Numbered from the stretch's first letter, positions 1 to 10,439 are shown. The stretch is DNA of 32,000 nucleotides from Wolbachia endosymbiont of Ctenocephalides felis wCfeJ (GCF_012277315.1 NZ_CP051157.1:909279-941278), one strand, 5' to 3'. The notes: generated by a model not told the origin, from the letters alone. Program-made: numbers and translations.

Positions 1-437
1 GAAATATTTTCCTTTAAAGTATTTACTGTGTTGCGAATAAATACACCCTTAGCAACTTGCTTGTTACTCTCCGGAAGTTTTATAAAATCTTGTGTTATTC
101 CTAAACCTTTTAGACTACCCTTCAATTCCTTATCAATTTTTGATTCTACTTCTTTCAAATTTGAAAAACCTTCTTCCAACTCAACCCATAAAATTTTTGC
201 AAAATCTTCCAAAAAATTAGAATAATCAACTAAACTTTCTTGTATGTTTTTAGCACGTACCTCTGACTCCTGTTTTGCAAGCTTGCTATTTCCTTCTTTG
301 AGAATGCCCTTGATTTGCTGAAGCATAACATCTGCTTTAATGTTCTTCAATAAAACACCTAGCTCTTGGACCATTTCTTCTACTTCTTGCTGTAATAAGC
401 CCTGTTGTGCTATAAAAGTAAATTCATAAAGATTCAC
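1..437 (-). CDS. rpsF: Probable 30S ribosomal protein S6 (Wolbachia-like extended form), partial; runs off the left edge
   Basis: Not in the supplied ORF list (GTG start at 437, open to position 1). Manual translation of the minus strand: MNLYEFTFIAQQGLLQQEVEEMVQELGVLLKNIKADVMLQQIKGIL... The N-terminus 'YEFTFIAQQGLLQQEVEEMV' resembles ribosomal protein S6; the middle is atypical. Confidence 0.5.
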   Translation of the reverse strand, partial: MNLYEFTFIAQQGLLQQEVEEMVQELGVLLKNIKADVMLQQIKGILKEGNSKLAKQESEVRAKNIQESLVDYSNFLEDFAKILWVELEEGFSNLKEVESKIDKELKGSLKGLGITQDFIKLPESNKQVAKGVFIRNTVNTLKENI

Positions 438-485
438 TATACTTTCCTTTAATATCGATTAAATATTTCATTATATAAAGCTTTT

Positions 486-3400
486 TTATATAAGCAAGCT
501 ATTTGTATCAATTTCTATGCCTTTAATCCAGCTTAAATTGGATATCTCACAAACAGCTTGAGGGGTAATTGAATATGCACCTGGTAACAAAATACTCACT
601 TTATGCTTTTCAAGCAGAAGTTCCAGCATGATTTTGGTTCTGCCTCCATCTTTCAGTACCGAACTTAATTCCTTAGCAACTGTTTGTGAATTTGCACACC
701 CAGTTAACACTAACCTCTTCATTACAGAAGTGATCCTTTCCGTAAATTCAGATATATCCTTTCCCGCTAATCTTGTCGTATTCTCTGAAGTCTCAAGGTC
801 AATGATAACAAATGTTCCGGGTAAAAATAAATTCCTCTTCTCTTCTATTATTTCATTATTGTAAAACGCTATTTCAGAAACATTATGTGGATCAGAAAGT
901 GTGAGTATGACAAATCTTCCACGCTCTGAGGTTCTCATACGCACATTTAATATTACACCAGCAGTTTTTGCTGTTCTACTCTCTCCGATAAATCCGATAT
1001 TTAGTTTTTTCAAAAGGGTTCTAAATTTTTCAAGTGGGTGATTAGTTAAGTAAAATCCCAGCGAAAATAACTCATGTTCTAATTTTTCTTCTTCATTGAA
1101 GTCTTCTACATCCTCAAGTTTCGGCTTGAGAACATCAAGATTGCCAAACAAAACAGCTTGATTCGATTCCTTATCTTGCCTGTTTTTATTTGCAAAGTAA
1201 ATCAATGTATCTACTGACTCATATAGCTGCTTTCTGTTTTGATGTACACTGTCAAACGCTCCAGATTTAATCAGGCTTTCTAGCGCTCTTTTATTTATTA
1301 TATGTCCTGAATTTTGAATGAATTCCCATATATCCTTACAAGCACTAGAACGTGCGTTTACTATTTCTTCTGCTATCGAGAAGCCAACATTACGCAAAGC
1401 AGCAATGCCGTAGCGTATGTGTTCACCCTCTATCGAAAATTCAGCTTGAGACTTGCTTATATCAGGCGGAAGGACAACGACTCCACAGAGCTTTGCAGCA
1501 TGATAAAATAAATTTAGCTTATCTCTATCATCAATATTTAGATTCATTAAGGCCGTAAAAAATTCTAACGGATAGTTAGCCTTAAGATAAGCTGTTTGGT
1601 AAGATATCACCGCATATGCGGCCGCATGAGATTTATTAAATCCATAACCGGCAAACTTCGCAACAAGGTCAAAAATATAACTTGCCCGATCATAGTCAAC
1701 ACCATTTTTTGTTGCTCCTTGGATAAAAAGTTCACGTTGTTTGTCCATCTCTTCTTTGATTTTCTTACCCATAGCACGCCTTAGTAGATCTGCTTCAGCT
1801 AAGCTATATCCAGAGAGAATACGTGCTATTTCCATCACTTGTTCTTGGTAGATTATTACTCCAAATGTCTCTTTTAATACTCCTTCAAGCAACGGATGAA
1901 TATAATCCGGTTTTTCAAGCCCGTGTTTTCTTGCAATATAAGTTGGAATATTATCCATTGGTCCTGGGCGGTAAAGGGAAATCAAAGCGATAATATCTTC
2001 AATACAGTCTGGTTTTAACTTGATTAAAGCCTCTCTCATGCCTGAACTTTCAAGCTGGAATACTCCAATTGAATCACCTTTTGAGAGCATTTCATAGGTT
2101 CTCTGATCATTCAAAGGAACTGAAGAAATATCAATTTTTTTCTCATCACGATTAATTAAACGACATACATGATCTATCAGCGTCAGTGTACCAAGTCCGA
2201 GAAAATCAAACTTTATTAGTCCAGCTTTCTCCACATATTTCATGCTGTATTGAGTAATTGGCAGAGCCGAATTTGGATCGTAATAAATAGGAACAAAATT
2301 TTCTAACTTTTGATCGCATATCACAATTCCAGCCGCATGAGTTGAAACGTGACGATATATTCCTTCAAGCTTAAGAGAGATATCAAGGAGTTTTGCAATT
2401 ACCTCATCACTATCTCGTTCTTTCTGCAGATCTTGATCAAACTCTATCGCTTGTGATAGAGTTACAGGGTTTACCGGGTTAAACGGAACCATCTTAGATA
2501 TTTTATCCACCTGAGCATAAGGCATCTGCAATACCCTTCCAACGTCGCGTAGCACGGCTCTTGCCTGTAATTTTCCAAAGGTGATTATTTGAGCGACATA
2601 ACCGTACTTTTTTTGAACATAATCAATAACTAAATCCCTTTTTTCTTGGCAGAAATCGATGTCAAAGTCAGGCATTGATATACGATCAGGGTTCAAAAAT
2701 CTCTCAAAGATCAGACCAAATTTTATTGGATCGAGGTCTGTAATCTGCAGAGCCCAGGCAACAATTGATCCAGCACCTGAACCTCTTCCTGGACCAACCG
2801 GAATGCCATTTGCTTTGCTCCAACGAATGAAATCAGAAACTATCAAAAAGTAGCCAGCGTAGTTCATTGAAGTTATTACACTCAGTTCATAATCTAACCG
2901 GTCGTAGTATTGCTTGATATCGATATCATGTTGTGTGTCATCATCTGGTTTGGTGTCATTCCAGCGCGTGACGCTGGAATCTCTCTGGATCCCAGTATCA
3001 AGTACTGGGATGACAGTGGAGGGTGTTCTGGTGACAGAAGAGGATTTTGCAATACGCAGCTTCAACCCCGCAATTGCCTGTTCCTTCAGTTCTTCATTCT
3101 CAGTTTTATTCTCTCGACAAGGAAATTTAGGCAAAATAGGCTGCCTACTTCTTGGCATATAAGAGCACCGTCTGGCTACTACTGAGGTATTATGAATCGC
3201 TTCGGGAATATCGCTAAATAGCTCCTCCATTTCCGCCACAGATTTGAAATAATGCTCAGTGGTTAGCTTTTTCCTGTTATTCTCGAGAGCATAACTTCCT
3301 TCTGATATACACGTTAATATATCATAAGCCTCGTAGTCAGACCTGTTGGGAAAAAATACATCATTCGTTGCAACCAGCGGTATATCATGCTGGTAAGCAA

Positions 3401-3932
3401 AGTCTATAAAGACTTCTTCAAGTTCCAGCTCTTTACTCAGCCCATGACGCTGCAATTCAACGTATAAATGACCATTGAATGCTGAAAGCAGTTTTTCAAC
3501 TGTTTCTTTATCTTGCCTAAATAGCAGTTGAGCCAATATGCCATCATATCCACCGGTTAAAGCAATTAACCCTGTATTAAAACTAAGTAGCTCATCAAAA
3601 TCAACGTAAGGAATATCGTTGCTATTTTCGCGCTTTCTAAAGGACTCACTTACCAAAGTGACCAAATTAGCGTATCCTTGCTCATTTTTTGCAAGTAGCA
3701 ATATGGGTAAATTTTGTTCTGAGTAGCGAACTACAATATTACATCCTACTATTAGTTGTATTCCTCTACTTGCTGCATATTCTGCGAATTCGAGCGAACC
3801 AAACAGGTTACCTGAATCAGTAATTGCAACTGCCGGCATTTTATTCTGTAAACAAAGGCCTATCAGCTCCTCAATTTTAACCGAACTCTCAAGCAGTGAA
3901 TAAACACTGTGAACGCGCAAGTGTATGAACAT
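486..3932 (-). CDS. dnaE: DNA polymerase III alpha subunit
   Basis: 1148-aa ORF with PHP domain start (FIHLRVHSVYSLLESSVKIEELI), 'VGPGRGSGAGSIVAWALQITDLDPIKFGLIFERFLNPDRISMPDFDIDFC', 'GVFQLESSGMREALIKLKPDCIEDIIALISLYRPGPM' and 'FAGYGFNKSHAAAYAVISYQTAYLKANYP'. Confidence 0.97.
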   Translation of the reverse strand: MFIHLRVHSVYSLLESSVKIEELIGLCLQNKMPAVAITDSGNLFGSLEFAEYAASRGIQLIVGCNIVVRYSEQNLPILLLAKNEQGYANLVTLVSESFRKRENSNDIPYVDFDELLSFNTGLIALTGGYDGILAQLLFRQDKETVEKLLSAFNGHLYVELQRHGLSKELELEEVFIDFAYQHDIPLVATNDVFFPNRSDYEAYDILTCISEGSYALENNRKKLTTEHYFKSVAEMEELFSDIPEAIHNTSVVARRCSYMPRSRQPILPKFPCRENKTENEELKEQAIAGLKLRIAKSSSVTRTPSTVIPVLDTGIQRDSSVTRWNDTKPDDDTQHDIDIKQYYDRLDYELSVITSMNYAGYFLIVSDFIRWSKANGIPVGPGRGSGAGSIVAWALQITDLDPIKFGLIFERFLNPDRISMPDFDIDFCQEKRDLVIDYVQKKYGYVAQIITFGKLQARAVLRDVGRVLQMPYAQVDKISKMVPFNPVNPVTLSQAIEFDQDLQKERDSDEVIAKLLDISLKLEGIYRHVSTHAAGIVICDQKLENFVPIYYDPNSALPITQYSMKYVEKAGLIKFDFLGLGTLTLIDHVCRLINRDEKKIDISSVPLNDQRTYEMLSKGDSIGVFQLESSGMREALIKLKPDCIEDIIALISLYRPGPMDNIPTYIARKHGLEKPDYIHPLLEGVLKETFGVIIYQEQVMEIARILSGYSLAEADLLRRAMGKKIKEEMDKQRELFIQGATKNGVDYDRASYIFDLVAKFAGYGFNKSHAAAYAVISYQTAYLKANYPLEFFTALMNLNIDDRDKLNLFYHAAKLCGVVVLPPDISKSQAEFSIEGEHIRYGIAALRNVGFSIAEEIVNARSSACKDIWEFIQNSGHIINKRALESLIKSGAFDSVHQNRKQLYESVDTLIYFANKNRQDKESNQAVLFGNLDVLKPKLEDVEDFNEEEKLEHELFSLGFYLTNHPLEKFRTLLKKLNIGFIGESRTAKTAGVILNVRMRTSERGRFVILTLSDPHNVSEIAFYNNEIIEEKRNLFLPGTFVIIDLETSENTTRLAGKDISEFTERITSVMKRLVLTGCANSQTVAKELSSVLKDGGRTKIMLELLLEKHKVSILLPGAYSITPQAVCEISNLSWIKGIEIDTNSLLI
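2958..3011. repeat. Wolbachia palindromic element (WPE)-type insertion inside dnaE; two adjacent hairpins
   Basis: attccagcg(2958-2966)-cgtga-cgctggaat(2972-2980) and atcccagta(2989-2997)-tcaag-tactgggat(3003-3011), each a perfect 9-bp inverted repeat with a 5-nt loop. The insertion translates in frame within dnaE as VIPVLDTGIQRDSSVTRWNDTK. Confidence 0.85.
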
Positions 3933-4069
3933 AAAAAAACTTCAGACCAGTAATAAAAGAATAGCATTAATTTACTCAGGAGGAACAAAAACTTGTTCAA
4001 GAGTTCCGGCATAAAAAACTACTTGACAACCTCCGCCCTTACCCTTATCATAGTACTGAAGCTATTTGT

Positions 4070-5764
4070 TTAACTTCCCAATCTGTGCAGGTTAAAATGA
4101 CAAGGAATCCCGATATGATGTTGAACATTTTCTCTTTGCATTTCCATAGCGAGTTCTTGAAATCGAAACACTAGATGCATATCATCTTGGTCAATTTTAA
4201 TGTATCTAACTAATTTTATAATTATATCAAGTTTAATCTCCCAATCTGCTTGATCAAGTTCTGATCTAATCCCAGAGACAAAGCCTTCTATACTACCTAT
4301 GGTAAAATCTAATTTCCTCTGCAGCTCCTTTTCATCGACCATTTTTTCCTGCTGCTCTCTAATTACTTTTAGCCTCTTCTCCATTCCCTCAACTTCTTGG
4401 TCATATTCCTCCTGGCTTATGTGTCCTCGAGCATAAACATAAGCTAGTCTTTTAATACCTTGTTCTAATTTGCCTCTTTCTTTTTCAAGCTCATCATTTG
4501 GTTGTCCATTTTTATGTTCTAAAAGCCTATGTTTATACTCCCTTGCAATTGCATCTGGACCCTTTAGTGTCTTTTTTATTTCGTCCCATACAATTATTTC
4601 TAGTATCTCTGCTCTGATTGATTTACTGTTACATACCCTCGTCCCACCAAAACGATTTGCATCTATGCCACTACAACGATAGTATCTGCTTCCTATAGCA
4701 TTTCTTGCTATATAATAATTATATTTGCAATACCCACATGCTATTAGTCCTTGTAATAGATGCTTTTTTCCACTTTGTCGTACTCTTGCTCTCTCTCTAT
4801 TTTCATCAAGTTGTTTTTGTACTATATTAAATAATTCGTCTTCAACTATCCTTGGTACTCTTATTTTTATCCAATCTTCTTCTTTGTTCTTATACACAGA
4901 ATATTTTTTTTTGCGCACTCTCCACCTTGCTCTCACTGCTTTTCTTAGTGGACCTACTTTTGTCTTACCATATGCTGCTTCTTCTTTGTATGATTGATTC
5001 CTCAATATTCTATGAATTGTACATACATTCCACACTCTCTTACCTCTCGGGGAAGGGATACACCTTTCTTTCAGTCTTCTTACAGCCTCTTTTATACTTA
5101 TTCTTTCTTCACCTACCCACTTAAACAGGTCTCGCACTATTTTTGCTTCCTCTTCATTTATTTCAAATTTTATTTTTTCTCTGTCTACATGCCTAACACG
5201 ATCATAGCCAAAAGGCGCACTACCTATTACACTTATACGACCTTCTCTTGCAGCATGAAGTTTTCCCCTCATACTTCTCTCCAAGATTAGTCTAAGTTCA
5301 TGCCTTGCTACCGCTCCTTTTACATCCACTAGCAAATTGGATGATGGAGTATTATCAATCTTACAATCTAAAGAGATTATTTCTACTTGTGCTCTTTTAC
5401 ATTCATCTATTACATCTCTTTGATCTCTACCATCACGTGACAAACGATCAAGTGCATGAATATAAATCTTATTGATTTTTCCTTCTGCCACCTTACTAAG
5501 TAACGCTTTTAAACCCTCCGGATAATCTTCTTGATTTTTCGTAGGTTTTGTGCCATAAATACGATCAATGCCTTTTCCCAAGTTGATTTGGTTTTCGAAG
5601 CTATCTCCACTAGGAAAAGGCATAGGTCTTTTAACCTCATTAACCTTGTTTATAGCAATTGGTTGGTATACATTAGTGCTATTTTCCATAGCAGCTAATA
5701 TATCTTTATGTAACTTATCCCGTTGCTTTTTATTCAAGCCTTTTAAGCTTTTTATTTTGACCAT
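4070..5764 (-). CDS. Large serine recombinase / phage WO integrase-like, with a non-canonical N-terminus
   Basis: Resolvase-like 'KINKIYIHALDRLSRDGRDQRDVIDECKRAQVEIISL', recombinase domain 'GSAPFGYDRVR...', zinc ribbon 'LLQGLIACGYCKYNYY...YYRCSG...VC' and C-terminal coiled coil. The track starts at 5776 (TTG), but GGAGG lies just upstream of ATG at 5764 (MVKIKSLKG), so 5764 is preferred. Confidence 0.85.
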   Translation of the reverse strand: MVKIKSLKGLNKKQRDKLHKDILAAMENSTNVYQPIAINKVNEVKRPMPFPSGDSFENQINLGKGIDRIYGTKPTKNQEDYPEGLKALLSKVAEGKINKIYIHALDRLSRDGRDQRDVIDECKRAQVEIISLDCKIDNTPSSNLLVDVKGAVARHELRLILERSMRGKLHAAREGRISVIGSAPFGYDRVRHVDREKIKFEINEEEAKIVRDLFKWVGEERISIKEAVRRLKERCIPSPRGKRVWNVCTIHRILRNQSYKEEAAYGKTKVGPLRKAVRARWRVRKKKYSVYKNKEEDWIKIRVPRIVEDELFNIVQKQLDENRERARVRQSGKKHLLQGLIACGYCKYNYYIARNAIGSRYYRCSGIDANRFGGTRVCNSKSIRAEILEIIVWDEIKKTLKGPDAIAREYKHRLLEHKNGQPNDELEKERGKLEQGIKRLAYVYARGHISQEEYDQEVEGMEKRLKVIREQQEKMVDEKELQRKLDFTIGSIEGFVSGIRSELDQADWEIKLDIIIKLVRYIKIDQDDMHLVFRFQELAMEMQRENVQHHIGIPCHFNLHRLGS

Positions 5765-5828
5765 ACTAACCTCCAATATTAAAGTATCATCTAAGTATAC
5801 GATACCATTTGTTGCTTTATTATTAACT

Positions 5829-5842
5829 TAAGTGTACACTAT
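5829..5842. promoter_or_regulatory. Perfect 14-bp palindrome taagtgtacactta upstream of the recombinase (operator or attachment-site candidate)
   Basis: Self-reverse-complementary sequence, followed by cttatgctcattataaacataagtgagcat, which has further imperfect dyad symmetry (CACTTAT ... ATAAGTG). Located between the recombinase start and radC. Confidence 0.4.
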
Positions 5843-5945
5843 TATGCTCATTATAAACATAAGTGAGCATTGTTGCAACCATTTTGTTCAAGAGAGAAAT
5901 TTAGAGCTTCTCCAGTTAGATAAGAAACATTCTTCTCTCTTTCAA

Positions 5946-6623
5946 CTATAACAGTCCTTTTTCCCTAAAACTGTAGTAGTGTTCTCCCGCAATAATAATG
6001 TGATCAAATAATCTAATGTCTACAGTACTACATGCTGAAGCTAAGCCTTTAGTTGCTGCTTTATCTTTGTCAGATGGTTCTGCACTTCCTTCTGTATGGT
6101 TATGTGCCATTATTATTGATGTTGCATCTTGTAGTAATGCTTTTTTTGCTATTTTCTTTATATACACTGGTGCCTGATCTACTGTACCAGTAAACACTTC
6201 TTCCCTTTTTAAACAGCCCTTGTGATCTAAATATAATATTTTTACCTTTTCCTTATCTGAATAGCCAATACTCACTATTAAATATTTTACAATGGTTTCC
6301 AGGTTATCCATCACAGGTCCTTTTTTTAATTCTTCTTTTGATGCTCTTTTTGAAGCCTCTCTCAGACATAAAATTATTGCTACTGTGGAATCATTTACTC
6401 CCTCTGCAATTCTTAAGTCATCTATTTCCTGACCTAAAATTCCTCTCATTCCAAAATTATCTATTAGTCTTTTAGCAATAATGCGGGCTTCTTCATTGTC
6501 ATGCACTTTACTCAGAAATGTTTCCACTATTTCACGATCAAGTAGTGCTTGTCCTTCGCTTTCTAGTGCTCTGAACTCTATTTCTTGTCTACGACTATCT
6601 TTACTTTTTTTATTATTATTCAT
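5946..6623 (-). CDS. radC: RadC/JAB-domain protein
   Basis: 'EIVETFLSKV...NFGMRGIL', 'KEEVFTGTVDQAPVYIKKIAKKALLQDATSIIMAHNHTEGSAEPSDKDKAATKGL' with the JAB-like HNH...S..D motif. Confidence 0.93.
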   Translation of the reverse strand: MNNNKKSKDSRRQEIEFRALESEGQALLDREIVETFLSKVHDNEEARIIAKRLIDNFGMRGILGQEIDDLRIAEGVNDSTVAIILCLREASKRASKEELKKGPVMDNLETIVKYLIVSIGYSDKEKVKILYLDHKGCLKREEVFTGTVDQAPVYIKKIAKKALLQDATSIIMAHNHTEGSAEPSDKDKAATKGLASACSTVDIRLFDHIIIAGEHYYSFREKGLL

Positions 6624-6785
6624 AAAAATTACCTCTTTTTAAATACTGTTTATTTTTAATTATTTACTACTGTTTTTTTAGTAGCGTTGGCATAAAACCG
6701 TGGTTTCCGGGCGAAGTCAAGTCAATTTTTCAGATTTTTTTATTTATTTTTTTATGTAAAGGTAGAAAATATTAATAATTCCAGC

Positions 6786-7697
6786 TCATTGAATTTCACC
6801 AAAAGAGACACCTATTGTTTGTAAAATAGTATCGATTGAAATTCCTTCTTTTACTAGATCCTTGGCGACTTTTATCCTCTCTGCTTTTCTAATTTTTTTC
6901 TCATAAATTCGTATGCCCTTAGACAACGATTTGATTAACGCATGGCGTAATTCCTGACTCTCAATTTTCTTGTATTCTTCAATTATACTAGGTAGCTCAT
7001 TTTCTACTTTGTCGTCTTCTGTTAATTCAGGTAATAGATCTATAATACTAATCGATAATGCTTCTGCTATATCGTATAATGTATAAAGTGGAATAGTAGT
7101 TTTTCCTTGTTCGTATTTGCTTATTTTGTGACGTGTTACACCAATTTTCTTTGCTAAATCTTCCTGAGTATATTTACGTTTCAGCCTCCATTCCTTTATT
7201 TTTGCTCCTATTTTATAGAATGAAAAACCGCTTTTTTTCTTGGTATATTCATCAACAGATAATCCGACTATTTTTGAGATAACATCAACAGAAATTCCTG
7301 CTTTAGTTAAATTTTTTGCTATTTCTATTCTTTCTGCTTTTCTACTATTTTTTTCACTAAGTTGGGTAGATTTGGTTAATAAATAAAATACTTTACGTAA
7401 CTCTTGATCGTTAATTGTTTTATATTCTTTCATCAGATTTGATATCTCTTCTCCTTCATTTGCAAGGTAGTCTTTTGGTATTGGGATGAGATCTTTAATA
7501 CTTACTGATAATGCTTCCACTATGGCATATAGTTTCTCAATCGAAATTCTACGGGTGCCTTTTTCATATTGTGATACTATCTGACGTGTTGTACCAATTT
7601 TTTCAGCTAAAGCCTCCTGAGTGTAACCTCGCTTCAACCTCCAATATTTTACTTTTTGTCCTACTTGATAGTCTAAGGAATCGTGATTAGTGGTCAC
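6786..7697 (-). CDS. Tandem-HTH XRE-family transcriptional regulator of the WO type
   Basis: Two HTH_XRE units in one protein: 'KVKYWRLKRGYTQEALAEKIGTTRQIVSQYEKGTRRIS' and 'KIKEWRLKRKYTQEDLAKKIGVTRHKISKYEQGKTTIP'. Confidence 0.93.
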   Translation of the reverse strand: MTTNHDSLDYQVGQKVKYWRLKRGYTQEALAEKIGTTRQIVSQYEKGTRRISIEKLYAIVEALSVSIKDLIPIPKDYLANEGEEISNLMKEYKTINDQELRKVFYLLTKSTQLSEKNSRKAERIEIAKNLTKAGISVDVISKIVGLSVDEYTKKKSGFSFYKIGAKIKEWRLKRKYTQEDLAKKIGVTRHKISKYEQGKTTIPLYTLYDIAEALSISIIDLLPELTEDDKVENELPSIIEEYKKIESQELRHALIKSLSKGIRIYEKKIRKAERIKVAKDLVKEGISIDTILQTIGVSFGEIQ

Positions 7698-7774
7698 TCT
7701 TTTTCACAAAAATAAACATTACACAGGTTAATATGAAATTTCCACTAAATGTTGACGTTAAATTTCGAGCTCTT

Positions 7775-9634
7775 TTACCTCCTCTCAAATAATTTTTCAA
7801 TATCACTTCGTTTCATTTCTATATACGTTGGTCTGCCATGGTTACACTGCCCAGAATTTGGTGTTTCTTCCATTTGCCTTAGCAACTCATTCATCTCTTC
7901 AAAGTTCATTTTTCTTCCTGCTCTAATTGATCCGTAACACGCGATTGTGGCCAATATTTTGTTCACTTTATCTTCTATAGGCAGCGTATCTTCTATTTCT
8001 GTTAATCTATCAACTATATTTATCAGCATCTCTTTTACATCTATTGCTCCCAAAATTGCTGGAAACCCTTTCACTATAACTTTGTTCTCTGCTTTGATCT
8101 CAATCTCAAAACCCATTTCATAAAGCTTATCTTTATAAATTTCAACCATCTCCATTCCTGCTTGATTTTTAATTTCAACTATTTCAGGAAAAAGCAGTTC
8201 TTGCCTTTTTATGTTTGATTTTTGTTTTAAGCACTCATACACTAACCTCTCATGGGCCGCATGTTGATCGACTACAACTAGTTTGTCTAGACCTTCAGCA
8301 ATTATATAAGTGTTGTAGACCTGACAGCGTACAAACCCTAGAGGGTAGCTCTCTATTAAATTAACTTGTTTTTCTTCCTTGGCTATTGTTTCCTTTTGTG
8401 ATGCAAGTTTCTGCATTTCAAGCAATCCTGACCCTTCTGACAAACCTTTATTCGGTGCAGCAAACTCTTTTATTAGTCGATTCTCTACAGAACTTGGTCT
8501 CCTTTCGTAGAACTCTTTTCTACTTTTCTCTTTTCTGTTCTTTATATTATTAATTAATTCATTGCTTCCTTCTCTAGCATCAAAAGCTGCTCTTCTCACA
8601 ATTTTTTCTGTCATTCCTAATCCGCCAACATCGTTTGCTGCAGGACTACCTATTCTCTTTGATAATGTCTTAATCAGCCCTCTTCTCACTATTTCATATA
8701 TTAGCCTCTTATTCTGAAATCTTACTTCTGATTTATTTGGATGCACATTTACATCTACTTGATCGTATGGTATTTCTAAGTGCAGCACCGCAAAAGGATA
8801 TCTGTCGCTTGGAATCAAATCATGATATGCGTATCGAATTGCACCAACAAGTAGATTGTCTTTTATTGGCCTTCTATTAACAAACGTATAGATCTGAGTT
8901 GAATTGCCTCGATTGATAGTTGGTTTACAGATGTGTCCCGTAAGTTTGATGCCGTCTTCTTCCTCTTTAACTTCCAGCGAATTGCTCTGAAATTCTTCTT
9001 CTGTTTCACATAATCTGTTAAATAATGAAGTTTGCTTAACATATTTTAAGAGCTTTTTATTACCGGAAGTGAGAGTAAACCCAATACTATAGTTAATCAT
9101 CGCTAAGTTATTTACAATGTCAACAATGCTTTGTGTTTCTGCCCTCTCGGTTTTTAGAAATTTTAATCTATTTGGTGTGGCAAAAAATAAGTCACGAATT
9201 TCAATATATGTACCTTGCAACAAAGAACAAGGGGTAATCTCTCTTATTTTTTCTCCTCCCTCATATCTTATAGACCATGCTTCCTTTGCTCCACTTGCCT
9301 TAGATGATAATTTCATTCTACTTACTGCTGCAATTGAAGGTAAAGCTTCTCCTCTAAACCCAAGGTGCTTGATCTCTATTAACTCACTATCGCTTAATTT
9401 TGAAGTAGCGTGGCGCATAAACGCAAGTTCCAAATCTTCCTTTTCTATTCCATTTCCATTATCTGTCACAGTGATAAAGTTACGCCCACCACTTTCTATT
9501 TTGATCTCTATTTCTGCACTTCCAGCATCTATTGCATTTTCTACTAATTCCTTTACTACACTTGCTGGCCTCTCTATTACCTCTCCCGCTGCTATACGAT
9601 TTATAGTTTTTGTGTCTAAAAGAATTATTGCCAT
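7775..9634 (-). CDS. mutL: DNA mismatch repair protein MutL
   Basis: '[50 protein letters not shown]', 'ATSKL', '[17 protein letters not shown]', C-terminal '[43 protein letters not shown]'. Confidence 0.96.
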   Translation of the reverse strand: MAIILLDTKTINRIAAGEVIERPASVVKELVENAIDAGSAEIEIKIESGGRNFITVTDNGNGIEKEDLELAFMRHATSKLSDSELIEIKHLGFRGEALPSIAAVSRMKLSSKASGAKEAWSIRYEGGEKIREITPCSLLQGTYIEIRDLFFATPNRLKFLKTERAETQSIVDIVNNLAMINYSIGFTLTSGNKKLLKYVKQTSLFNRLCETEEEFQSNSLEVKEEEDGIKLTGHICKPTINRGNSTQIYTFVNRRPIKDNLLVGAIRYAYHDLIPSDRYPFAVLHLEIPYDQVDVNVHPNKSEVRFQNKRLIYEIVRRGLIKTLSKRIGSPAANDVGGLGMTEKIVRRAAFDAREGSNELINNIKNRKEKSRKEFYERRPSSVENRLIKEFAAPNKGLSEGSGLLEMQKLASQKETIAKEEKQVNLIESYPLGFVRCQVYNTYIIAEGLDKLVVVDQHAAHERLVYECLKQKSNIKRQELLFPEIVEIKNQAGMEMVEIYKDKLYEMGFEIEIKAENKVIVKGFPAILGAIDVKEMLINIVDRLTEIEDTLPIEDKVNKILATIACYGSIRAGRKMNFEEMNELLRQMEETPNSGQCNHGRPTYIEMKRSDIEKLFERR

Positions 9635-9839
9635 ATTTTCAATTCTCAGTCTGATGAAGATATAGCTTTAATGTTAATAAAAATCAATCTCTATTAGGCA
9701 TCTTCACTAATTTCAAAACAGAAATAATTGTAAAAAACCCAGGCCAAAATTTTATGGCAAGCTCTCCTGTAGTTTAATTTTAGTTGAATATTTCTTCAGA
9801 ATTGTGTATAATTATTAATGCTTTTTACCTTACTCTCTC

Positions 9840-10439
9840 ATGGCTCTTTCGAAGTTTCTCGATCCAAAAAATGATATATCGTTCAAGCGCATCTTTGGCA
9901 CTGAAAAAAATAAAGATATCCTTATTCACTTTCTTAATGATATTCTTGGCTCCACTGGCAAAAGTACAATACAGGATATAGAGTTCTTAGGTACTATTCA
10001 AGACCCTGATATTGCTTCTAAAAAACAAAGCATTGTTGATGTTCTTTTTTCAAGTATAGTTGAAAAGTGGGCCTACTTTTTTAGATATGCAGATGAAACT
10101 AGTGAAGAAGAGCTAGAGAGAATAATAGGAAGTGATCTAATAATTAAAAGAGCATATGAAGAACTAAATAGGTTCAACTGGTCAGAAAAAGAATTTATTG
10201 CCTATAAACAAGAGATCAAGCGCATTCGTGACGAACAGGCTGTCCTTGCTCAAAAACTCGATGATGCTACTCAAAAAGGTAGACTAGAAGGCATCCAAAT
10301 CGGCCATGAAAAAGGTAAAATTGAAGGTAAAATTGAAGTTGCAAGAAACTCACTCAAGGCCGGTGTTTCTATAGATGTTATAGCTCAAATTACTGGTCTC
10401 TCTCATTCTGAAATTTTACAACTCAAAGAAAAAACATAA
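9840..10439 (+). pseudogene. Rpn-family (PD-(D/E)XK) recombination-promoting nuclease/putative transposase, internally deleted
   Basis: N-terminus 'FLDPKNDISFKRIFGTEKNKDILIHFLNDILG' and C-terminus 'GKIEVARNSLKAGVSIDVIAQITGLSHSEI' are family-like, but 'QSIVDVL' joins directly to 'FSSIVEKWAYFFRYADE' (about 10050), skipping the expected nuclease core. Confidence 0.75.

Noticed and set aside
28-225. 65-aa plus-strand ORF at the left edge
   Set aside because: Antisense to the longer minus-strand frame from 437 that resembles ribosomal protein S6.
628-3185. Multiple small plus-strand ORFs over dnaE
   Set aside because: Antisense to a clear full-length DnaE coding region.
4470-5831. Several plus-strand ORFs (70, 90, 90, 98 and 87 aa)
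   Set aside because: All antisense to the serine recombinase (the last only extends just past its start), low-complexity hydrophobic translations, no RBS or domain evidence.
9117-9665. 182-aa plus-strand ORF antisense to mutL
   Set aside because: Fully antisense to a well-conserved MutL N-terminal domain.
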